The notes below the pieces were generated by a model that saw only the letters and a program-made list of their open reading frames with translations, was not told the DNA's origin and made no database searches. From Blasia pusilla (Eukaryota): a stretch of DNA of 64,000 bases. The translations under genes and the position numbers were made by a program. Below, one piece after another: positions 1-12,177 of the stretch (the first letter of the stretch is position 1; each line of letters opens with the position of its first letter). The stretch is from assembly GCA_050084515.1 (NCBI GenBank), contig CM114271.1, positions 40,424,001-40,488,000 of the forward strand. The letters run 5' to 3'.

Positions 1-2194
1 GGATGTAAACTAAAACACCTGGCGTGTGTATGACCATACCCTCGAAAATAGTCACACTGATAATCTCTTGGTGCAAAGCACCATCTCCTCCTCCATCTTT
101 GAGGCACACGTCCATGACCCGGACCCGGTGCAATCGCGGCGATGATGGGCTCCACCACATGACCAACAAGTAATAGTAGGCGGTCTGCTTTGAGCCGCAT
201 ATGAAAGCGCAGGTCTTTGTGGCACGGCCTCTCGGTATCCTCCCCGAGCTCGTGGTGCCTGATCGACCTATCTCGAGTCACGTTCTTTGCCGCAGGTGGT
301 GCGAGACAATCGTGATTGCTCTCGCCAGAACCCATGGTGGCTACGCTCTCCTCCGCCATGTTGCGCTCAATGTTCTCGGCGGTCCTAAAAACATCTCTCA
401 ACGTAGGGCGGTGTTCATAAGCGGCACCCCCTCCCCACCCGTGTCCCGCGGGGTTCGGTCGGCATCGCATACCATGTTGGATAGCTTTGAGCCTCTGTCA
501 CCCCCGAGTGGCGTTGATCAACCGGGCGCAGCGAGTGTAAGCCTCACGCAAACTCTCACCCGGCGCCTCTGGAAGTCGTGGATGCTCCGCAACTTCTCCG
601 TCCGTACCCCCTGGTAGCTCGCCCTCAACTCGACAAAGAACTCAACCCACGAGGGGTTGAACCTAGGACGAACCGGCTAGAGCGGTGCAAGCTGCTCCCG
701 TCTGAGTGACCCTTCCTAAAGCGTCACTAGTGGAAGAGGCCGTAGCCTCTCGACTCCTCCTCCTCATCTAGAACGGCTCCGTCCATGACACATAATGTGG
801 GTCATAGTAGAGCCTCCACGCCTCGATCTCACATGCATATCTCTGAGAGAACTCATGGTAATCGTCCATGGGCGCCCCCTCTAAATCTTTGGAACATACC
901 GTTCCATCTTTGTAAACGGGTTAAACTCTCTAGAGTTCTGGCCCCCCATTGGGAGTCGCACCAACTCCTAAACTCTGCTATAAAATCGTGCAACTCAATC
1001 GTGCCCCTCGCACTGAAAACTACGCGGTCCTCTACCCCGTGCCGTCCATCTCAAATGCATGGCCCAACTGGTAGGACCACTCACAATGTGTGGCGATGTG
1101 CTCACAAACTCCTCTACACCCTCCCCTCGTCGACAATGACACGAGGAAGGAGGTCGAGGTGGTCCCTCACGTGGAGACCCTCGAAACCTCGCGCCACTCC
1201 GCGTAAAACCTCTAGAGCTACTCTCGGGTTCACCACCTCGCCTCTCAAAGTCCCGAGCAGACTCGTGATGACCCTCGTGCCCCTCTCACCCGATCACTCT
1301 GAACCTCGTGAGGAATCCCTCAATCACTCATCCCAAACATGCGGCACTCGATCTACACTCTCTCCCGAGGCGTGTAACGTCGCGGCAACACGCGCGGCGT
1401 GGTGCGGCAAATAGACCAGGCTATCATCTCATCGACAACCTACCCTCAACTCCGGACATCCCACACAGGTCTATGTCCCCTAAACCACATACATAAATGA
1501 TGCTCTCAGCATCCACACACCCAATATCCCCAAATAAATCCCACAATCCCTCACACGTGTAGGGTAAGGACCGAGAATGGGTAACTGAACACATGTCGAT
1601 GTCGCTCCTCAAAGAATCGCAAATCTCGACCCCAACTCGATCGTGGAGACAACTCCTCCAATCAGCAAGTCATACTCCTCCCGCATCGATCTTTGCTCAA
1701 AACTCCTCGATAGACACGATGCGGTCCCAATGCGGGCAGTGAACGGCGTTGGCGTTGCGGCGGCGCACGGGCGGCTCTGAACGGCACGGCCCTCGATGGT
1801 GGGATCGGCACTCGGCGGCATACCCTCCTCAATCAATAATAATCCCACACTCGCTCCACAATGACGGTGCGGCTCGCGTCGAGATGGTGCGGTGCGCTCA
1901 CGAGCGGCACGGCCCGGCAATCGGCGGCGTTGCAGGCCGCGCGGGCGTCCACGCACGATACTCGATCGTCGTCGGCGGCTACCAATCACAACATAGCGAG
2001 ATGAAATCAAAACTCAAACACCATAACCGGAGGTCATCTGCCTTCACTGGTTGATGAAGAAACTGCGATGACGGTGGCGGCCAAAACAAAGTACGTGGTG
2101 GCGACGCAAGTCAAAGAATCAACGAACGTCATGGAAGACCCTCCACTCCGTAATGGCGGCAATGGCACCCAAAGGGTGGACAATGGACGGTGGA

Positions 2195-2305
2195 CCCTTG
2201 ACAGTTGACGGTGACGGTTGACCGTCGACGTTGACCGTTGACCGTTGATTATGACGGTTGACCGTTGACGGTGACGGTTTACCGTCGACCGTTGACGGTG
2301 ACTAT
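2195..2305. repeat. Degenerate short tandem repeat (GTTGACC/GGTGAC) in the leader of element 0
   Basis: Directly visible repeated gttgacc/ggtgac units. Confidence 0.8.
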
Positions 2306-2894
2306 GATGGCGACGGCCGCCGCCGGTGTGGCGGCTGATTTAGGGTTTGCACGATTTAACCCTAAAAATCGCCTAGCAATGGCAGCTTTACAAGATTGCC
2401 AATAACTTTTTGCTCGGAACTCCAAATTGTGCAGTGTTTGTTGCACAGCGTGCACAGCTTCACGATCTATGCTACCATCAAAAAATATTTAGAATCGGAC
2501 ATTTCAGTAAAAACTGAAGGGGACTGTCGTAAAGCCCAATGTCTCTTTCTCCTACACAAAATTCGGCAACGCTCTCGCGCTGATTTCTCCCAATGAAAAT
2601 GTAACATCTGTAAAAATACATATCAGCAAGCTACATGGTGCTCCCGAGAGCACCAGCATGGGGCAACCCGCCCCCATACTCAATCCCTATCAGAAATTGG
2701 GCAACGCTTCCGCGCGCCACTCTTCCACACGAAAAATCGGCAAATGCAAAGAGTAATGAAAGCAGCCCTTGCTCCGGTGAGCACTCCCATGAGCCGCTGA
2801 ACGGGGAACACGGTCCCCAACCTGCAAAAACATCGAGTGACCAGCGAGCCCCTCCATGAAGCTCTCTCACTCTCTCATTCTCTCATTCTCTCTT

Positions 2895-3369
2895 TGTAAA
2901 GTAAGATCTAATCTCTCATTCTCCACCATCTCACACCATAGCTCTCAAAGGTGTGCACTCTCTCTCATGTCAAACCAAACCCACTCTCCTAATGAGAGGC
3001 TTGGGTTACACTCACAAGGCAAGGTTAGCTCCGCCGCCTCATGCCAAGAGGTTCAACAAAAAGAGAATGAGCTCTCAAGCTCTCTCTCCTTGAGGTATAC
3101 CCCTCTCCTCTCCCAAGCTCTCTCCATGGGAACCTATTCTTCCAAGTCACCTCCTTGGCTCTTGACCTGATGTAGGAGGTCAAAGGCCACTTACCAAAAA
3201 TAGTAAGTCGATCATATACTCAAAATGGTACTTACCTAAAATAGTAAGTTCCTCAATATGGCTCCAAATGAGCCGAAACGAAGGTCATCCTCGACCTACT
3301 GGGCGTGTCCTCCACTACTCATGAAGGCGCTCTATTAGATCCCACCGATCTATCCTAAAAGACGTGACA
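2895..3369 (-). repeat. 5' LTR ('A' segment) of element 0
   Basis: Sense strand starts TGTCAC and ends TTTACA, like the A segments of elements 1 and 2. Adjacent sequence 2882-2894 is complementary (12/13) to LTR-internal 3059-3071, which lies about 25 nt from a TATA-like site at ~3095. Confidence 0.65.
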
Positions 3370-3430
3370 CTTTCTCTCTCTCTTCAGAACAGCATGGAAG
3401 AAGCCATGAAAATGTCTGACCTCTCTCTTC

Positions 3431-4018
3431 AGCACTCACACTATATGAGAGTGTCTCCCTCCTCTCATATGGTACCTTCTTCACTTGCTTCTCTCTCTAC
3501 ACCCATCCCAGTCTCGAGCACCGTCCAACTAGGGCGCGAGGTCTATGGTCGCAAGGCTACGACAGGCACTACTTAATGAGTACAGTCTCTCTCTCTCTCT
3601 TCAATCAAGGCTACCCATTCAGCAGCCTTGATTCATTGCCCAAAGCTCTTTGCCTTTGGTAAGTAATGTCTATTGGGGATCCCAATCAGGTAAAGTAAAT
3701 GGTGTGGTGAAGAGTTTCTTGATTGACACTTGAAAGCTCCACACAAACACGTTGTTTGGTTAGCACTCACACTATATGAGAGTGTCTCCCTCCTCTCATA
3801 TGGTACCTTTTTCACTTGCTCCTCTCTCTACACCCATCCCAATCTCAAGCACCGTCCAACCAAGGCGCGGGGTCTATGGTCGCAAGGCTACGACATGCAC
3901 TACTTAATGAGTACAGTCTCTCTCTTCAAGCACCGTCCAACCAGGGCACAAGGTCTATGGTCGCAAGGCTACAACAGGCACTATTTAATGAGTACAGTCT
4001 CGCTCTCTCTCTCTCTCT
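3431..4018 (+). mobile_element. Head-to-tail array of three 5'-truncated retroposon 3' ends with (CT)n tails
   Basis: Units ~3431-3600, ~3603-3925 and ~3928-4018 share the 3' sequence ...ggtcgcaaggctacgacaggcactacttaatgagtacagt(ct)n but differ in 5' extent. Confidence 0.7.
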
Positions 4019-5184
4019 TGTATCATTAAAAAATAGGGACACCGAAGAGTTTCCTATACCCTCTACTTATTTTAGAGGCAAATCCAAAGGAGTTCGAGAG
4101 AGGAAGTAAGTATTACCTCCTCAAATTATAGTATAGAGGAGCACAATTTTTTGAAGGAAAACTTCACTTCTTATAGACGGTCATTTTTTTCTTCTTTCCC
4201 CATATAGTAACCCACCATGTTTCGTTAATAGTATAGCTATGTGTGCACAACAAACATGTATATTGTGTAACTAGGTTTAAGTAGACAACAACTCCGTAGA
4301 GAATGCACTCAAAAAAATCGAAAGAAAAACAAAAAACAGGAAGCATTGAAGATCCAATATTGTCGAGCTATCTACAAAACCAAACAAAATGTCCAATTGC
4401 ACAAAGAAAGATGTGACAGGAGCAATAACACTTCGAACAACTTCCAAACGGTTGATGGGGTTTGGAGACAACCAAGAGTTCACCTATGTTCACTCTTCCA
4501 CTCATCTCTCTTTTGAAGAAAAACATCATTTCTTGGCACTCAACCCGACAACCATTGTCGTCGTGTTGTTTCCAGGAGTGGGGCAATTTCTTTACTGTTT
4601 CTTGTTAAACCAGCACTCTCACACAAGTTAGCTTCCAGGTTCTCTACACCAGAACTTGGAACCAAAAGCCGAGGATCAGCTCAATGGCACGGCATTGCAA
4701 TGAGTCTGAAATGAAAGCACATGTGCATACGTAACAGATCACTGGTAATGAAAGCATGGAGGCCAGAGCATATCTAAGACATCTACTTTCGCCCCTCTGC
4801 CCCGATTCAAGCTCTCATGCAATTTGTAGTTATGATGGCTGAAAGAAAAATGTGCTCCAGGGCGTAAAAGATACTTTGTCGCCTTTCCAACTCAAAGCTT
4901 TCAGGGACTACACCATCATCATGACCAGTAAGTAATTCGTACCTGAAGAATGAATGGGATTCAAAGCCCAAGCTACGGCATTGCACAACAATGATGCTGT
5001 CACCCACTCATTTGATGACCTTGTCACAGTTTGCGCTCTGCCAAATGAACCCAGTGATAATCTAATCAATGATTTCTATTGATGAGTCCCAAGACTACAG
5101 GGGAAGTCATGGGCAAGAACGGTACCCACATATGTGTGGCAGTCTCCCAAACAGGTGACAATGACAGTACTGTGACTTTGATCA

Positions 5185-8100
5185 TTAATAATAAGTGGAT
5201 ACTTCATGGATATACTGTAGCTGGGCCAGTACTTTCGCAGCTCTTTTTTTCTCGCTGTGACGACCATAAGTTGCCAAATCTACAAGAGGAATTCTCGACC
5301 TATTCCCGTATATCTCTTTCATCCCTTTAGCCACAAATATTCTTTCTAAGAAAATTACTGCCTTTTCTTTCAATTCAGGGGTACCTACTGTAAGTATGTC
5401 TAATATGGGACTAATTGCATCAGAACTGTGTAATAACTGTGCTCCAGCCTGCAGAAACTCATCCTCATTGACTAGAGTCTCGAGAGCTTCTACCGCAGCT
5501 ACGGCTGCTGCTCCTCGATCTTCATTGAGCAGGGCGACCAAGCCAGCAACAGCATCAGCCTCTACTATACAGAAAGTCGTCTTTACATCACACCTACCAC
5601 AATGCACTTTGCACTTTGGTAACCGACTCTGGCCATAGCACCACCATCATGTAATAGCTTGTACACTTAAAGATGGAGTGCTCAAAGAAAAGCTTTTGAG
5701 GGCTGTCGCCGCTCTTGCTTTTCGCTTGATTGTTCCAGAATATAACAATCTAACAAGAAGAGCATGAGCATCCAGATTGGCCAGGGACTGCTGCATCTTT
5801 ACATTGGATGGTTCTGTGAATTGGACCAATGCACCAACAGCAACTTCATTCACCTTTCCACTGCTTACTGTTGATGTCTGCAAGTTGACAAGAGCTGGTA
5901 TCGCTTGTGCTTCCTTCAGGGCTACAGTGATAGCTGGATTATGCGGTGACAGGGACCCCAATATTCCAGCTGCTGCCACCTGCACATCCTCTTGCGTGCT
6001 ACTATTGAGAATGTGCAAAAGAATATGGAATTTTTGTTGGTTCTGCATGTGCTGTGCAATCTCCTCTGAACCACTATCTCCTGAAAGATGGTGGAGTATT
6101 TGAATGACAGAATCTAAGTAGTTCACGGTCCGATCCCTCAACAAGAGGCAATAGCAATGTTATTCCTTGCAAGCTCCTCATTTTTCCTCTGATTTGTTTT
6201 GCCTCAGGGTCGCGAACTAAACCCAACAATACATGCAAAAGATGTCTTGAATGATAAGATGGCTTGCATAATTCTCCTGAACAGCAAGAAGATTTTCTAC
6301 AGTCTGTCCTTCGTCTAGAGGAACACCATCACCATCTACGAAGAATGTCATCCCGTCATTTGCAGCTACGTGGTCTAAGATGGCAGCTGCACTCTCCGTC
6401 AAACTGGCAGGATACTGTCCTGAGAACAAATGGCGTAAAACAACGGGAATTCCTCCTGCCTGAGCTACGTGACTCTTGATCAGTCGGTTCGAACACAGGT
6501 TTTGCAGAGCGCTCAGTGCTGTAGACTTTATTTCAATTTTGTCCGAATCCATCATCCTGACTAGAGGGACTATAGCTCCGAGATTTGCCAATGTTTCCTC
6601 GCTTTCATGTGTTAGCTTCATAGTGGCAAGTGCTTTGACCATAGCCAACTTCGACGATTCATCATTACCTGAAAAAAATTCGATGCCCAAGTACGTCAAA
6701 CTACAAGAATGTCCATTGAGAGCTTCTAGAAAAGTTTATGTGCGGCTCAATCAACCAAAGACATACCATCACAACCTCATGGTTCGATCTTGAAGCGTCT
6801 AGTACATGAGCATCACAAAACTTTCGTTCTTCAAGTGTCGTTACCATTAAGTCCCAGCTACCTTACAGAGAAAGGCTGGTCCTGTCAGATCCTTGCATAT
6901 GCAATAAGAGGAAGAGGATGCAGTTACGAATGGGGAAAACCTAAACCCACCTTCGCAAAGACAGGCAATAAGTGGTGTTAACCAATTGGCTGCGGCCATC
7001 TGTACGACATTATCATTCTCGCTCGAGAGCTTGTGCAGAGTCAATTTTGCAAGCTGTGAAGCCCCAGCATCCTTGCCCTTGAGTAAAGTTACGAGTAAGA
7101 ATATTGCAGTACGTTCTCGCCCAATTCTACCGCTCATGGCGGCATTTCCCTCCAGTAACTCCGACAATAATGCGGCAGCTGAACTGGCTACGCTAGTTTC
7201 TCGCCCCAGGCAACGAACAATTTGGTCGAGTCCACCAGCGTCTGCTACTCTTTCCTGAGAATCAAAGCGGAAAATCAGATTTCTGGACTGATAGACAAAA
7301 CGAAAATTACACCCCTAACCATTCATACTAACCAGTGCAGACAGCCACGGAGTCTTCAGCTCATCCAACGATCGGTGCAGCTAAGGTCACTGGTTGTGAA
7401 GCCAACCGATCAAGCTAGAATATATGCAGGATTGTGTATCCATACTTTGTTTGCCGTGTTGTTTTCCACAAGAGCGTGCAAGGCGGACAAGCCTGCTCGC
7501 TTCACATCTCGGCTTGAAGACTTGAGAGCATTGACCACATCGACCACGAGGCCCTCCTCTGCGATCCAATCCTTGTTGGATTTGCTCTTCCGACATAGAT
7601 CGGATAGAGATTCAAGGGCAGCTTTGATCTTACTTTCATCTCGAGACTGAAGCATCGCCTTCGATTTCTGTATACCTATGCAATAGTTTCGTTCCTGCCA
7701 TTCCTCAATTGACTGCCTGACGGGGATGTTTGACCTGAGAGTCCTATCCTGAAGCTCCTGGTGAGTGATAGGGTCAGTGGTGTTCCCGTTGGCGAACCAC
7801 TCGGTGATGGCAGAACGTTCGAAGCAGGACCCTGTCACAAGACTCACAGGATCAACCATCACATCCTGCTTCAGAGGACATATGAACGACTTCAGCGGAG
7901 GAATCAGCTCGGTAGAGTTCATGGCGTTTAGCATGCTGTCCCCTCGGCTAATAAAGGTACCATTTGAGAATCGTGGAAGAAAGGCAGAGTCTCCGCGAGA
8001 TAGGAGCGTAATGACCTGCTCCATGAATGATTCTTCCTCGCGCTCTTTCCTCAGTGCAGCTTCCTCCTTTTCTTTTTTGAAGCTTGCCAGCTCTCTGCTA

Positions 8101-8678
8101 ATTTCCGACGCATTCACTGGAATGCCCATGACTCTGGCAATCTCTAGTAGAAGGTCATTTGCAAAACCTTGATCGATCCTGTGTTCCCGTAGACCTTGCT
8201 CTAGCTTATTAATCACGACCAGCTTCGATTCTGATGCATGGAACTCGGCATTGATCATCTGATCTTTCAACCTGCTGACGCTAATGCTAATATCCACTGC
8301 TACTTCGGCGCTTGCGAGAGCCAAAAGTTGGAGTGACTTCCCCACATTACGTGTGATGCTTTGCGCTTCTCTAACAATGGAACGACAATTTACAAGTAAG
8401 TACATTTTTGGCTTGTTGGTGCAGTTGTCAATCAAAGCCCGGGCTTTCTTCAGATCCTCTTGAAGAGACTCTAGCGCCACTCTAACCGCTGGAGATTCCT
8501 TCAATTCGCGCTGCCTCAGGTCTACAAGCAACGGTCGTATGTCTTGTAGGAAGGTCGACAGCGTCCGGAAACTCTCCTTCTCTATCAGAACATCCTGAGC
8601 GGCGAGAGCTGTCTCCAGCACTTCAGTAGTCAACAAGGCTATTACAGTACCAATTGGGATCAGTTCGACGATAGTCAT
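5185..8678 (-). pseudogene. Plant U-box/armadillo-repeat E3 ubiquitin ligase, PUB43/44 (SAUL1)-like; 3 coding exons (8678-7446, 7254-6951, 6668-5185); frame disrupted
   Basis: U-box (PPLKSFICPLKQDVMVDPVSLVTGSCFERSAITEWF...DPITHQEL...LRSNIPVRQSIEEW), ARM repeats, C-terminal CxVHxGxC...TFC motif and end AAKVLAQL..IHEVSTYY. GT-AG introns 7445-7255 and 6950-6669. Compensating frameshifts near 6247 and 6118, and an in-frame TGA at 5647-5649. Confidence 0.88.
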
Positions 8679-9682
8679 CTTGACTCCACCTGCACAAAGT
8701 GCAAGGAACGATATTCCGAACAATCACCAACGCCTCGCGGCATATAGTCACAGAGCTGAGGTGACACAATCTGGATAACAGTGCGACCTTGCGACTCCCT
8801 TACATCTTCGGCGGCTGAGGGATCGAAGCAGTCTCGACTCCAAACTCAGCCCCACCCTGGGAATTTGCAAGTTGCCATCATCCGATTATAGAAAGAAATT
8901 GGTCACAAGCGTCTCAATCCGTTCCCTCCGCCTCCAAGTGTGGAACTAAGTACGAAGGGCTCACGGGGGAAAATACAATTAAACGTCTCCTAGCGGGATG
9001 GAAGAGACTTCGATCCACGGATCATCCGAAAATTTCTTCTCCAGTCTCTGGACTCGGTGGCACATGCATCCAAGCGAGCGGACGGAAGTTGTCCGCTAAG
9101 ACCACTACAATCGGACCGACACATTTGAAAGCCAACACCCTCCGCTCCGACTGCCCCATAACAACCAGAACTCGAAGATACGCCAGATCGCCCTCTCCTG
9201 CTCCCCGCGGCCTGTCGGTCTGCCAGTGAGCGCCATGGAGACTCTTCCAATCCGCCTGTCTCTCATCGGCATTCATGCCAGTCCGTCCGCCATGCCCCTT
9301 CCTCCTTCCTTCCTTCCTCGCTGTCATGCCATCGCCTTCTCGTTCCTGCCTCTCGCGCCTGCCTTTCTCTCTCTCTCACCTCCGTCTGCCCCTCGCTGCA
9401 TGAGGATGCGCTGCTGGTGTCAATTTGACCCGCGTGCGTCCGCAGGCGATGGTCCTGCCCGTCAATGACCCTACCCTACACTACGCTTGAGCTAAGGTTG
9501 GCATGCGCTAACATACGGGCACACTGCACACGGATACGCCAAGTGATCGACCAAACAACATTGTGAGTTGACGATCTGTGATCTCCACGTACGTGTGCGA
9601 TCAACTTTTGCAGTTCTCACGAGAGGACTAGTTAATTCTTTTTGCCCACATGTGAACGGCCTCTCTGCGGAGTTGGGCCACA

Positions 9683-10720
9683 GTGGCACCCCTCCTTTGC
9701 TCCCGCTTTTTGGTTAGAGATAGACCCCTCCTTCTACACTACGTCTCCCAGGTCGAGGATGGCTCTTTCCCATTTCAGTCTTCACTCACAGCTTGTAGAG
9801 ATTCCTTTCGAGTTGAGGCCAGAGCCGTTCTCCCCACTTTCTCCTCCTTAGTTACCTCCGGTCAGTCTGGGCTCCAATCTTCCTTGATGGAAGCCCACTT
9901 TGAGGCAGTTTTTAGAGGCACTATGTCTGACGGGAATATCCCCATGGAGGTTAGGGCCCGTATTCGCTCTTGCTCCGGAAAGGGGGCAGGCTCATGGGTA
10001 GTGGCGCGCCCCCTTCTCCAAGCTTTCCGTATCGCACCACTTACCTATACCACAGCGATGCGGTTCCGCTTGGGCCTCCCCCAACCATCGGTGGTTGGTT
10101 CGACACACTGCGAGTGTCGCCGGAGCCTGGATCCACTTGGTGTGCATTTGGCACGCTGTCGATTGGGGTGAGAGGATAGCCACTCACGATGCAAAGGCGG
10201 GATATCATGTTCATTATTGCTCGGGAGAGTGGCTTCCATGTGCAGAGAGAGAGGCACTACTCCATGCGGGATTCCCTCATTCGTGCCGATCTCTACATGA
10301 CACGTGAGGTTGAGGTGGTTGTGGCGGACGTGGTAGTCACAGATCCTACGCGGGAGGCAGTTGCGAGCCCAAGTGGTGGCCCAAGGGCGAATGCTACAAG
10401 GAGCGGCGGCGGCGGCGGCGGCGGCGAAGAAGACACATATCTCTGATCGACTACACAAGGGACACATCTTCATCCCCTCGGCCATAGAGATGTATGGGGC
10501 TATGGGGGAGAGGTTCGACTTCGTTTCTTACGGACTGCGCCCATCATCTCCACTCGAGAAATGGGTTGTCTTAACTCTGCGATTCAGACAGGCGGCGGGT
10601 CTCCATAGCGTTGCAGCGTGCCCAGGCTAATGGGATTTTGCGGCGGGCTCAGCCGTGGGAGACGCCGGCGCTAGAGGCCCACTTAGTAGTAGTCATAGTT
10701 CTCTTGTTGTTGCTGATATT
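9683..10720 (+). mobile_element. 3' remnant of a non-LTR retrotransposon with restriction-like endonuclease (CRE/R2-group type)
   Basis: AGSW..ARP...RFRLG, CCHC knuckle CECRRSLDPLGVHLARC, then THDA, RADL...VVADVVV (PD..D-like) and FIPSAIEMYGAMG, spread across frameshifted ORFs. Confidence 0.75.
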
Positions 10721-11759
10721 GTCTCTGCTGTTGGTGAGTTTCGTGTCGTTAGGGGGGGAATGCCCCTTCTTCCTTTTCTGGTCCTGTTGTGGCCTTCAGG
10801 TTTTGACTCTTTGAGTCCCCTCTTTTGTACTTCCGATGGGTTTTCCATCACTCGTTTCTATCAAAGTGCATCTTTGTTGACCAGATCTCTACGGAGTGGG
10901 AAATCTGCGAAGCTGTGGCGTTCGTCTTTCTGGGAGGAACTCGGGAAACGCAATCCCCGGCGGAAAGCTTCGACGATCGACTCCATCGCAGAAAGAAACA
11001 AAGAAACAAAGAAGAAACGGTGGCGCGAGTCTCCTCTCGAAACTTCGAAAGCGCTACCGTCGCTACCTCACCTCACATCACATCACATCACTGCAGTTTC
11101 CCAAGTGCGCTTTCCCGACGAGATAGAGAATCTTCCGGATGCGACCTCCGACTGTGCGGGTTTCCAGATCCCCCCTCACCGGTTTCGAAATCGGCGCTGG
11201 AAAACTGTACAGCAGATCCGGGGTTACGAGTATTGCTAGCCGGTTAAATTTGAGAATTCCCGATTGATTAAAAAGCCTACGAAAACCGGCTGGTATTCGA
11301 GCAGGTACTTTGTATTTCGTATCTCAAAACCGGGTTAAAATCCGGAATTACCGTTTCCGATTGGACATTCCCGGCGATGGACCGCGTCCCGCGAAAAAAC
11401 TTCCCGAACCCTGCTGTACAGAGGATATTAAGAAACAGTAATGTCTCCGCTTGTGGTGACCTGTTAACTCTACGGAGTAACCCCGACTTGTCATATGTTG
11501 GATAATAATTATTACTGATGGAATTCTAGCACCAAAGACCGGACCAGCACCTCCATAAAGCTCCCAGTCATTCATTACTTTCCACGGAGAAGCTTCCCCT
11601 GTTTCAGAGGAAGCATCGCAGTACACTTGCAGTATAATGAATGCGCTCTTGTCCTAAAATGCCACGACCGGGGAGTTATTCCCCGGTAACCGGCACTTTC
11701 CCGGTCGCATCAACGTAAAAACTCTCCAAGTTTTTCTAATCCCATCATTGGGGGTATTG

Positions 11760-12177
11760 GGCCACTCTCTGCCGGAGTTGGGAGGCCCCCGGAAGTCGTG
11801 GCAACGGCCAACGCCCGTTTGTAAGGACGTCCGAAAAATAAATTTATCCTCTTTCGGATCATATTAATTTTTAAATTATTATTTATAAAAAATTTATTAT
11901 TATTATTCAATAAAGTCCATTCGTGTGGACTATACGGAAATTTCTTCCATCCCCGTCGGGAAATGAATGGCCCTAACACGGCCATTCATTTCCTCCAACG
12001 GGGACGGAAGAAATTCCCGTACGAGGGGATTTTATTGAAAAATAATTATTTATTTTTATAAACAAGAATTTAAAAATTGGTATCTTCGTAAAGAGGAAAA
12101 AAAAGAATTGAAAGGGAGCCGTGTGGGCATTCGCCGTTGCCACGCCTCCCCGGGGCCCACTGCGGGAGTGAGTGGCC
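11760..12177. repeat. Long imperfect inverted repeat (~200-bp arms, 7-bp spacer 11973-11979)
   Basis: Core ...ggaaatgaatggcc-ctaacac-ggccattcatttcc.... Arm homology continues outward through the AT-rich blocks and gtggcaacgg/ccgttgccac to ggccactc/gagtggcc. Confidence 0.85.

Larger units (their letters stand above)
1..3369 (-). mobile_element. 5' part (LTR, leader, degenerate gag) of a Gypsy-like retroelement of the same clade as 16695-26061 ('element 0'); continues beyond window start
   Basis: Minus-strand translation near 850-1035 gives VFSARGTIELHDFIAEFRSWCD and ..EGAPMDDYHEF, matching the gag of element 1 (FSGAVGTIDLDDFIQKFDTWCD, LEGPPMDDYMEF). The gag is frameshifted. LTR at 2895-3369. 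Confidence 0.8.

Noticed and set aside
201-2054. Plus-strand ORFs of 100-209 aa
   Set aside because: Antisense shadows of the GC-rich degenerate gag and leader on the minus strand.
3431-4018. CRISPR-like repeat-spacer appearance
   Set aside because: Eukaryotic context, units are long nested 5' truncations, no unique fixed-length spacers and no cas genes.
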